From sequence record SRR31156797_5597: a stretch of DNA of 45,444 nucleotides; one strand, written 5' to 3'. Of the stretch, positions 18,218-25,877 are shown piece after piece. Both the position numbers and the translations under genes were made by a program. Each line of letters begins with the position of its first letter. Position 1 is the stretch's first letter. The notes under the pieces are model-generated. The model did not search any database and had not been told where the DNA came from. It saw only the letters and a program-made list of their open reading frames with translations.

Positions 18218-18254
18218 AAAAAAAGGCAGTCACCCATGAGGTGACTGCCTTTTT
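18218..18254. terminator. Bidirectional intrinsic terminator
   Basis: A-run-GGCAGTCACC-catga-GGTGACTGCC-T-run. Confidence 0.88.
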
Positions 18255-18388
18255 AATATCAGCCCAAATTTCTCATCAGCTCAGGCTGTACCAAGTTTAA
18301 AGCTTTTGGTAGTAAATATAGCCTACTATCGGAGTCTACGCTTACCTTTCTACTTCCAAAAAAACTGAAGACGATGATACCGCATGAA

Positions 18389-18497
18389 CTGAGCTTCGGT
18401 GAGCATTTTGTTACTTTTATATTTCATTGACCTTAACGGTATAAGCTTGAAATCCATAATTTTTCAAAAAATGACAAAATGCTCATGAAAGATTCAG
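18389..18497. repeat. About 110-bp element with long imperfect terminal inverted repeats (MITE/REP-like)
   Basis: CTGAGCTTCGGTGAGCATTTTGTTACTTTT ... AAAAAATGACAAAATGCTCATGAAAGATTCAG; core TGAGCATTTTGT / ACAAAATGCTCA is a perfect match. Confidence 0.5.
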
Positions 18498-18514
18498 GCT
18501 AGGGTCTGTAGCAA

Positions 18515-18931
18515 TTACACCAGCAATTCAAGCCCTGAGAAAAAGTAACCAATCTCAAATGCTGCGGTTTCTGGTGCATCGGAACCATGAGTCGCATTTG
18601 CTTCCAGAGAATCACCAAATTCCTTTCGCAGCGTACCCTCTGCAGCATCTGCAGGATTAGTAGCGCCCATCAGGTCACGCCATTTTTTAATCGCGCCTTC
18701 AGCTTCAAGCACCATAACAACACATGATCCGCTTGACATGAAGTCTGTCAGTTCACCAAAAAAGGGCCGCTCGCTGTGGACATGATAAAAGCCTTCAGCT
18801 TCCAGCTTGCTGAGGTACAACTTTTTCAGGCCGACAATGCTAAAGCCTTCAGCATAAATACGGTCGATTATTTTACCGGCATTACCTGCGGCAAAAGCAT
18901 TTGGTTTAATGATGGCAAACGTTCTTTCCAT
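18515..18931 (-). CDS. ndk: Nucleoside diphosphate kinase
   Basis: [34 protein letters not shown]. Confidence 0.98.
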   Translation of the reverse strand: MERTFAIIKPNAFAAGNAGKIIDRIYAEGFSIVGLKKLYLSKLEAEGFYHVHSERPFFGELTDFMSSGSCVVMVLEAEGAIKKWRDLMGATNPADAAEGTLRKEFGDSLEANATHGSDAPETAAFEIGYFFSGLELLV

Positions 18932-19038
18932 TTTATAAATCCTCTTATAGTTCCTTTTAAAAGTTGCCGGCTAACAATATTATTTTTTCACGCACCGAGC
19001 TATACCATGTTCGTCCACCATGTGGCAACAGACAGGAA

Positions 19039-20205
19039 CTACTTTTTATCATTCATCAAAACAAACTTGCCATCCTTAACGGTCAACATGACAAAGGCAT
19101 CAAGCCCCAGACCGTTATGGTCTGTTGCTGAAAAATTAAAAACACCTGCAGTACCAATCATGTCACTGATAGTTTCAATGGAGGCACGCACCTTTTCCCG
19201 ATCATCCCCACCCTGCTCAATAGCTTTGGCCAAAATATTCATGGCATCATAGCTATGACCGCCAAAAGTAGAGATAGCCTCATTAAACTTACTCTCATAC
19301 ATGTTCTTATACTTTAAGAGAAACTCCTTCTGCTCTCCGGCCGGAAGACTTTCGGCAACCATAAGTTTACTCGCTGGAAAGATTATGCCTTCTGCAGCGG
19401 CTCCGGCAGCTTCCACATATTTAATATTGGCAAAACCATGACTCTGGAACAGAGGTACATCCCAACCTGCTTGTCGAATATTTTTAGCAACGATCGATTG
19501 AGCTGGGACTATGGACCAATTAATGACAGCCTGGATCCCTTCATTGGCTTTGAGCTTGGCAACAACTGCTGAAAGATCTGTAGTCTTCTTATCATAGACC
19601 TCCTGGGCAACAATCTCGACGTCGTATTCCGGGGCAATTTTTTCCAGTTGTTTTTTTCCAGCCTTGCCAAAACCGGTATTCCCAGCCAACACGGCTACGT
19701 TGGAAATTCCCATGTCTTTTATGGTCATAAAAATCTGCCGTGCAGCATAACTGTCACTTGGTGCCGTCTTAAAGACATAAGAAGCGAGCGGACTAACGAT
19801 AAGCTCTGCAGAAGCACAGGAAATAAGAATAGTTTTACCCTGCTGACATATCTTCTTAATTTTCAGTGTCTCCCCGCTGGTGGATGGACCAATAATGGCA
19901 AAGACTTTTTCTTCTTCAATAAGTTGCCGAGCAAAAGAAATCGCTTTTTCAGGGCTGCCGCCTGAATCCTTAACAATCAGCTCCACCTTTGTTCCGTTAA
20001 TACCGCCTCTATTGTTGATATCATCAACCAGCATATGCAATGAACGGCTTTCAGGTCCGCCAAGAAAAGAAGCAGGACCAGTTTCAGCAAGTATGGCACC
20101 TATTTTATAGGTAGCAGCAATAGCTCCAGTGGCAAACATTACAACAGCACCCACAACCAACACATAACTACCCCAAAAAGCCGTAAGGCCTCCTTTTGTA
20201 CGCAT
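19039..20205 (-). CDS. Branched-chain amino acid (LivK-like) ABC substrate-binding protein
   Basis: Signal peptide; YKIGAILAETGPASFLG, INNRGGING, IIGPSTSG, GVFNFSATDHNG. Confidence 0.92.
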   Translation of the reverse strand: MRTKGGLTAFWGSYVLVVGAVVMFATGAIAATYKIGAILAETGPASFLGGPESRSLHMLVDDINNRGGINGTKVELIVKDSGGSPEKAISFARQLIEEEKVFAIIGPSTSGETLKIKKICQQGKTILISCASAELIVSPLASYVFKTAPSDSYAARQIFMTIKDMGISNVAVLAGNTGFGKAGKKQLEKIAPEYDVEIVAQEVYDKKTTDLSAVVAKLKANEGIQAVINWSIVPAQSIVAKNIRQAGWDVPLFQSHGFANIKYVEAAGAAAEGIIFPASKLMVAESLPAGEQKEFLLKYKNMYESKFNEAISTFGGHSYDAMNILAKAIEQGGDDREKVRASIETISDMIGTAGVFNFSATDHNGLGLDAFVMLTVKDGKFVLMNDKK

Positions 20206-20460
20206 CCTGTCTCTCCTTTAATAAAAATCAACGCGATGGACTGTACCGGCTTGTCAGAGTATTATAGCTCCGACAAACGACTTCAACCATCCTCCAAACA
20301 ACATAATTCCAACTAGTTAATACCATAACCGGCGAGCAAGTCAACAATTCCAAACTTTGCGGTAGCAGTGGATCATGGTATACCTCCAAAGGTGATAGTG
20401 CGTTTAACCGTTTGCGTTACAGAAAAAACTCATCTTTCACCTCAAAACAGAGGCTAAAAA

Positions 20461-21396
20461 ATGCGAAAATTCAGGATAATTCCCCGCCCATCGACTCTGG
20501 CTTTTATCCGAGAAGCATGGAAATCACCGTCGTTCTCATTGATGGACTGGATCCACGGCTATGTTTATGGGAGATGGACTTATATCTATATAGGAATCGG
20601 CAAAGGGCATCATCCCTTGGCTAAGATTATCTGGCCGCTTGTCAGCTTTTTTCAGCGCGCCGGGCGTTTTCTACCCACCTTTACAAGCTCAAACCGCCAA
20701 ACCACCTTCAGCGACACTTACCACGGGAAGGTTATTTCGGTTGATGAGGCCAAAAAACTGGTCACCATTAACCGTGAAATAGTTATTGATGATTTGGAGA
20801 AGGTCATCCCTTACACCAAGGCTCGGAGTATAATCCTCCAAAATCCAGAACATATTGTTGTCCTTGATTGCCCCTGTCGGTTATCGAGCCCTACTCCCTG
20901 CTTACCGGTGGATGTCTGTTTGATTATCGGTGAACCCTTTGCGTCTTTCGTGCTGGAACATCACCCTCACCGATCAAGAAAGATAACAGAGACAGAGGCA
21001 CTCACTATTTTGGAACAAGAGCATAAAAGAGGGCACGTACAACATGCTTTTTTCAAAGAAGCTATGCTCAATCGCTTTTATGCTATCTGCAATTGCTGTG
21101 GCTGTTGTTGCGGGGCTATCCAGGCCATGAACAACGGCACGCCAATGCTTGCATCATCTGGATATGTTGCAACCATTGACACTGAACATTGCGAAGAGTG
21201 TCTGACATGTGCACACTTTTGTCAATTTCAGGCCATTACCGGGAAACGAAACCATAGGGTAACAGTTGAGACAGATAAATGCTATGGGTGCGGGGTCTGC
21301 GTTGACAAATGTAAAAACGACGCCATAACATTAACAAGAGCTCCACACCGAGGCACCCCACTGGTTGTTGAAAACCTGTTGGCCAGAAATCAGTAA
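20461..21396 (+). CDS. Uncharacterised 4Fe-4S ferredoxin-domain protein
   Basis: CPCR..C....C and ICNCCGCCC cysteine clusters plus two CxxCxxCxxxC motifs. Confidence 0.88.
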   Translation: MRKFRIIPRPSTLAFIREAWKSPSFSLMDWIHGYVYGRWTYIYIGIGKGHHPLAKIIWPLVSFFQRAGRFLPTFTSSNRQTTFSDTYHGKVISVDEAKKLVTINREIVIDDLEKVIPYTKARSIILQNPEHIVVLDCPCRLSSPTPCLPVDVCLIIGEPFASFVLEHHPHRSRKITETEALTILEQEHKRGHVQHAFFKEAMLNRFYAICNCCGCCCGAIQAMNNGTPMLASSGYVATIDTEHCEECLTCAHFCQFQAITGKRNHRVTVETDKCYGCGVCVDKCKNDAITLTRAPHRGTPLVVENLLARNQ

Positions 21397-21431
21397 AAAG
21401 GACACATAAGTATTGCCCCTAATTTCATGGT

Positions 21432-21648
21432 GTTCAAGCTCAACCCCAAACCTTGGAAGCGCCTCCTCCATATCTCCATTAAAACAACAACCAAACGTAC
21501 TGTTCCCTTTTGGAGACAATTTGCAAGCAAGCACATGTACCACGTTTTATTCGTATGCGTGCCCTTTATTGCATTTCACTAAAAAACAATGTATTGGCAG
21601 CAGTATAAACCTAAACAGAAGTGCCGTTGATCAATAATAATATGGCGT
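21432..21648 (-). pseudogene. Degenerate tandem copy of the sirtuin 3' end; boundaries approximate
   Basis: Encodes ..LLINGTSV*VYTAAN..LVKCNKGHAYE*NVVHVLACKLSPKGNSTFGCCFNGDMEEALPRF versus gene LMVIGTSAQVYPAAD..LVKRNNGLVYEFNQEHVLSKLSPKGNSVVDCCFEGDVEETLPWF. Shares exact ACTGTTCCCTTTTGGAGACAA. Confidence 0.8.
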
Positions 21649-21659
21649 TTCTCCAAATT

Positions 21660-22439
21660 TTAAGGTGCTGAGGCCAAGCTAACAAACCATGGAAGTGTCT
21701 CTTCCACATCCCCTTCAAAACAGCAATCGACCACACTGTTCCCTTTTGGAGACAACTTGCTTAACACATGTTCCTGGTTGAATTCGTACACGAGGCCATT
21801 ATTGCGTTTGACCAAAAACGGGATGTCCGCAGCCGGGTACACCTGGGCAGAAGTACCAATAACCATCAACAGATCGGCTTTGGCGGCTATTGCAGTAATT
21901 CTATCATACTCACGAACATCCTCGCCAAAAAGAACAATACAGGGTTTCAACGGAAAACCGCACTTTGGACATGGAACACTGCTGCTCCCCTGATAATGGG
22001 ACTTATGCACTGGTAGACGGTGCCGGCACTGCAGGCAATGCAGATGCTGATGCTCACCATGGATTTCTATTACCTGACTGCTCCCAGCCTGTTGGTGCAG
22101 TCGATCGACATTTTGTGTAATGACTGTTTTCAGTAATCCCATTTTTTCCAACTCAACTAAAGAGTTATGGGCTTCACTTGGTAACCTGTTTTGCAAAACC
22201 AGACCAAGGGCACGGTATAATTGCCAGGCTTTATCAGGATTGCGAAAAAAAACTTCCAGGGTGGCGTATTCGTCGGGATTAAATACGCTCCATAGACCAC
22301 CAGGACTTCTGAAATCCGGTATACCTGAAGCAACCGAAATTCCGGCACCGGTAAGCGCAATAGGGTATTTTGCCTTCCGATATGCTTCAACCGCTTTCTC
22401 CAGTTCATCACTCTGTTCAAAAGGGAAAATATGAAACAT
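21660..22439 (-). CDS. Sir2/CobB family NAD-dependent protein deacylase
   Basis: LTGAGISVASGIPDFRS, ITQNVDRLH, EIHG, CxxC...CxxC, VLFGE, VIGTSAQVYPAA. Confidence 0.95.
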   Translation of the reverse strand: MFHIFPFEQSDELEKAVEAYRKAKYPIALTGAGISVASGIPDFRSPGGLWSVFNPDEYATLEVFFRNPDKAWQLYRALGLVLQNRLPSEAHNSLVELEKMGLLKTVITQNVDRLHQQAGSSQVIEIHGEHQHLHCLQCRHRLPVHKSHYQGSSSVPCPKCGFPLKPCIVLFGEDVREYDRITAIAAKADLLMVIGTSAQVYPAADIPFLVKRNNGLVYEFNQEHVLSKLSPKGNSVVDCCFEGDVEETLPWFVSLASAP

Positions 22440-22632
22440 GGTAACAATCTCTTTTAAAAAATAATATTGCCCGCTTTACTATAACTTGCAGGCTGCACTG
22501 TTTAGGAACACACAATACGTGTTATACTGTCCCTCAACAACAGAAGAGATACTGCTTGACCAACGGAAAACGCCATCCAAACTGGAACAAAAACTGCAGT
22601 CCTTATTGAAAATTAATTTCTAGAGGACAGTT

Positions 22633-22833
22633 ATGGTCGTTTTCGCATGTACCCCCTACTTTAAAGAACTGATACGTTACTCTGATGAAGAAAGGACAAA
22701 GATTCTCTTTAAAACAGCCTGCCAAGTATTGGCACCCCAACTGCAATCAATCGATGCAGCAGAGTTCTGTAAAAATATGGGCGTAGGTGATGACTATATT
22801 CCTCTTTTTTATAAATACACAAAAAACCTGTGA
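22633..22833 (+). CDS. Small hypothetical protein
   Basis: 66-aa ORF with GAGGA RBS; no recognised family. Confidence 0.45.
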   Translation: MVVFACTPYFKELIRYSDEERTKILFKTACQVLAPQLQSIDAAEFCKNMGVGDDYIPLFYKYTKNL

Positions 22834-22980
22834 ATTAACCATTAGAAAAACTGATAAATCGACCAAGCTGTGTATCAAGCATTTCCCTCTAAAGGGGTAG
22901 AAGAGGACGATAAAGGTGGCCGCAGCTTGCTGCATGAAGGGTTCAGCCAGGAAAGGGACAAATGATCGCCGCTGATGGAC

Positions 22981-23022
22981 AAAAAAAAAAGGCATCTCAA
23001 GTTTGATACTTGAAATGCCTTT
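22981..23022 (-). terminator. Intrinsic terminator downstream of tRNA-His
   Basis: Minus strand: GGCATTTCAAGT-atcaa-ACTTGAGATGCC followed by T10. Confidence 0.85.
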
Positions 23023-23030
23023 AAATTTTG

Positions 23031-23108
23031 TGGGGTGAGCGATGGGACTTGAACCCACGACCTCCGAGGTCACAACCCGGTGCTACCACCAGCTGAGCTA
23101 CGCTCACC
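23031..23108 (-). tRNA. tRNA-His (GTG)
   Basis: G-1 GTGAGCG...CGCTCAC C CCA; anticodon arm CCGGG-TT GTG AC-CTCGG; GTTCAAGTC T-loop; encoded CCA. Confidence 0.96.
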
Positions 23109-23165
23109 ACAGAACGTGCGACTATATACCCTTATGCAAATCTTTTAGCAAGCATAAAGTACAAT

Positions 23166-23816
23166 TTACAATTCTTTCTGACAATATTTACACACTGCAG
23201 CACGACTCTTTATCAACTCGGCACAAAACGGGCACTCTTTAAGGAAGTTTTTCGCCAGCAATTTATTAAGCACCATGTTCACAGCTTGTTCAATATCTGT
23301 ATCGCGAAAATTAAAATTACGAAGAGGATCGACGCAGGAAATATCGTTTAAGGGAAGCAGGTATTCAACGGCGCGCTTCCTGTCAGAAAGTTTGCCATGT
23401 TCATTAAGAATGAGATAGAGTACCGATTCGAGATCGCCATTCTCAACGCAACTATCTAGAGCGGCAACAGCTTTCTTTTCCTTTTGAAACCGCTCATTCT
23501 GATTTTGAAGGCCCTCGACATCGACAAGACTGCCTTTAAAAGCAGCGCTACCGGCAACCATCATATTATAGGTTTCTTTAGAGCCTGGAATTTCCATATA
23601 CCGGTAAGATCCAACATGACCATATTGATCTTCAATGTATTTCCACCCTTTAACAAAGAGAGGACATTCATCATTAAGACAAATAAAAAGAAACTCAGAC
23701 CCCCAGCCAAGCCCGTCACCGATATGCATAGGCGGCGCATGGCAAAGTGATAGTTCATCTTTACAATGGGGACAGGTATGTTTTTCTTCGAGATACTTCA
23801 AAGCACGGGACAACAT
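23166..23816 (-). CDS. Conserved hypothetical zinc-ribbon protein
   Basis: N-terminal CPHC...C..DEC and C-terminal CPFCAE.IK..A..CKYC motifs; GGAG RBS. Confidence 0.8.
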   Translation of the reverse strand: MLSRALKYLEEKHTCPHCKDELSLCHAPPMHIGDGLGWGSEFLFICLNDECPLFVKGWKYIEDQYGHVGSYRYMEIPGSKETYNMMVAGSAAFKGSLVDVEGLQNQNERFQKEKKAVAALDSCVENGDLESVLYLILNEHGKLSDRKRAVEYLLPLNDISCVDPLRNFNFRDTDIEQAVNMVLNKLLAKNFLKECPFCAELIKSRAAVCKYCQKEL

Positions 23817-24014
23817 AAAGGCAAAAGCTCCTTATTTAGAGAAAATTGAACATGTTTTTTTACCCTACCATCCAAGGTTAGTCAGTTTCCTCTGAATCAC
23901 CTGATAACCCTCTACAACAGGTACTATTTTAAACATTTGACACTTTTCCACCCAGTAAAGATGGACACAGACATGAAAAGTAACCATTGGTAGTTTAATG
24001 GTCAACACACCTTA

Positions 24015-25697
24015 CTAAATCATTTTGCCCAAAACCTTATCCACCGCTTTAGCCTGCTCCATTCTTGCTCGCAGAAAGGGGTCACTCAGGTGCTTGGCAT
24101 TGTCATTAATCAGCTCACTTAAACGACCTATGGAGGCCGCATCTGCAAGCTCCATTATGGTCTGCAAATTTTTTAAAAAATCGATCACAATTTTATTACC
24201 AGCACCCGAGGTCGACATTATTTCTGCATAGGTCCTCGGATTCTGTGAATGTACCCTGGCCATTGCCAAGATAGGATAGAGAGATGTCAGTGTACTATGG
24301 CTTGTAATATCTTCACTGGTAATTTCATTTTCTTGCAGTGTCATAGCCAAGGCAACGGAAATGGCAGTGGGCAGCTTCTGACCAACGCCCATCAATAAAT
24401 CGTGCTGAATCGAACTGTCGTGATAGATATCAGCGCCGTGCTTATACATAAAGGCTTCAAACTCACTACAATACAATCCGCTTCTGGGCGTCCTCACCAC
24501 CACTGCATTTTTATCTTTCATTGTGGCGGCTTGCGGCCCCCACAAATTATGAACCAGCATGACTTCTACGCTTTCAGAGGTTGTTTCAAGTGCTGTATCA
24601 ACAGTTTTTTCCGATTCGCCAGCAAGTAATATAAGCGCCTTGTTTCCTGCAATCATCGGTCCGTATTTCGCAACGGTTTTTGTCGTAACCGATATGGGAA
24701 CACAGATGATGACAACATCCACATAACGTATCATCTCTTCCGGTCGCAGTGAGGTGGAACGCCCACTCATAAACACTTTGTATCCTTCACTCTCCAGACG
24801 ACCAGCAAACCATTTGCTCATTGCTCCGGTTCCAATAAAACCAAACGACTTTATATGCTTGGTTCTCATGTCGATCCGGGGGAAACTCCCAAGCACTTGT
24901 ATGGCACCCGGTTGCTGAATAACCTTGTTCTCTATATGTTGCAGTGCGCTACTCATCACATCGGTACTGATATGCCCTTCTGCTTCTATGTAGATCTGCA
25001 GCTTTTGGGTTTTGATATCGTTCTCGGAACGCATATCAAGAATATTAATACCTCTCTGTGAGAATTCCTGCAGGATATCGACTAGCAACCCGACTCGATC
25101 ATCCAAGGGAACAGTGACAAAAGTTGTGGCATCGTACCCCGTTGGTTTAGGCAAATCATGGGCAAAAACAGCAAACCGGGTACGATTATGTGGAGCAACC
25201 TCTCGCTCAAGTATATGTAGACCATTCTTTCCAAGCATCTCCACAGAACCAATGAATCCTACCCCAGTGCGTTGCTGGCCGCTCATTTCAGCCATTACCT
25301 TTTCAACATCGCTAACCACCATTTGATCAACGTCTGGTAAATGTTGATCAATAAACTCTGCACACTGACCTAGTACTTCTCTTCTCCCTACCAACAATTC
25401 TATGGAATTTAAATCAGCATCTGCCTGATACATCCCCAGTGAAAGATCTGAGTACACAATAACATTGTCCACCCAAAACCCTGTTTTGAGATGGTCAAAA
25501 ATACGAAAATACTGTTTATTCTCCCCTTCCCGGGTATTATAGACAGGCAGGATTGCGCAATCCACATCATGGTTTACAAATGAAGAAATAACTTTCTTCG
25601 AACTCGAGTGGGTGCGCAGCACTGCATCATCTGCATATTTTTTTGCAGCTTTCCACGCTAACGATTCCTGAGGGCCAATTGTGGCAATGGTTAACAT
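24015..25697 (-). CDS. Prephenate dehydratase-ACT-prephenate dehydrogenase fusion
   Basis: PDT region (IATIGP, LPVYNTREG, NRTRF), ACT (DRVGLL..IL..F...GIN), then TyrA-like domain (FIGTGAMS, ICVPI, VHNLWGP, HDLLMG..Q, SQNPRTYAEI). Start placed at MLTIATIGP. Confidence 0.88.
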   Translation of the reverse strand: MLTIATIGPQESLAWKAAKKYADDAVLRTHSSSKKVISSFVNHDVDCAILPVYNTREGENKQYFRIFDHLKTGFWVDNVIVYSDLSLGMYQADADLNSIELLVGRREVLGQCAEFIDQHLPDVDQMVVSDVEKVMAEMSGQQRTGVGFIGSVEMLGKNGLHILEREVAPHNRTRFAVFAHDLPKPTGYDATTFVTVPLDDRVGLLVDILQEFSQRGINILDMRSENDIKTQKLQIYIEAEGHISTDVMSSALQHIENKVIQQPGAIQVLGSFPRIDMRTKHIKSFGFIGTGAMSKWFAGRLESEGYKVFMSGRSTSLRPEEMIRYVDVVIICVPISVTTKTVAKYGPMIAGNKALILLAGESEKTVDTALETTSESVEVMLVHNLWGPQAATMKDKNAVVVRTPRSGLYCSEFEAFMYKHGADIYHDSSIQHDLLMGVGQKLPTAISVALAMTLQENEITSEDITSHSTLTSLYPILAMARVHSQNPRTYAEIMSTSGAGNKIVIDFLKNLQTIMELADAASIGRLSELINDNAKHLSDPFLRARMEQAKAVDKVLGKMI

Positions 25698-25877
25698 TCC
25701 TACACCTGTAAAATTTTGTATACACAGTACTGCGACAATCTGCGAGCAGCTCAACAATGAAATATATGCGCTCCATGTCACTCAAATCGGTTTATGAGTA
25801 CCCTCCGTGATTATGGAGTGTAAAGACAGCCCAATAGTATAAGATATTTTTAAAATAACAAACACTAATAGTTATCA

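Noticed and set aside
21432-21890. Sirtuin 3'-end duplicate as a DGR template/variable repeat pair
   Set aside because: Mismatches are not restricted to adenines, indels are present, and no reverse transcriptase is encoded in the window.
22840-23108. tRNA-His as the attachment site of an integrated island
   Set aside because: No integrase and no duplicated tRNA 3' end seen; core ndk lies on that side.
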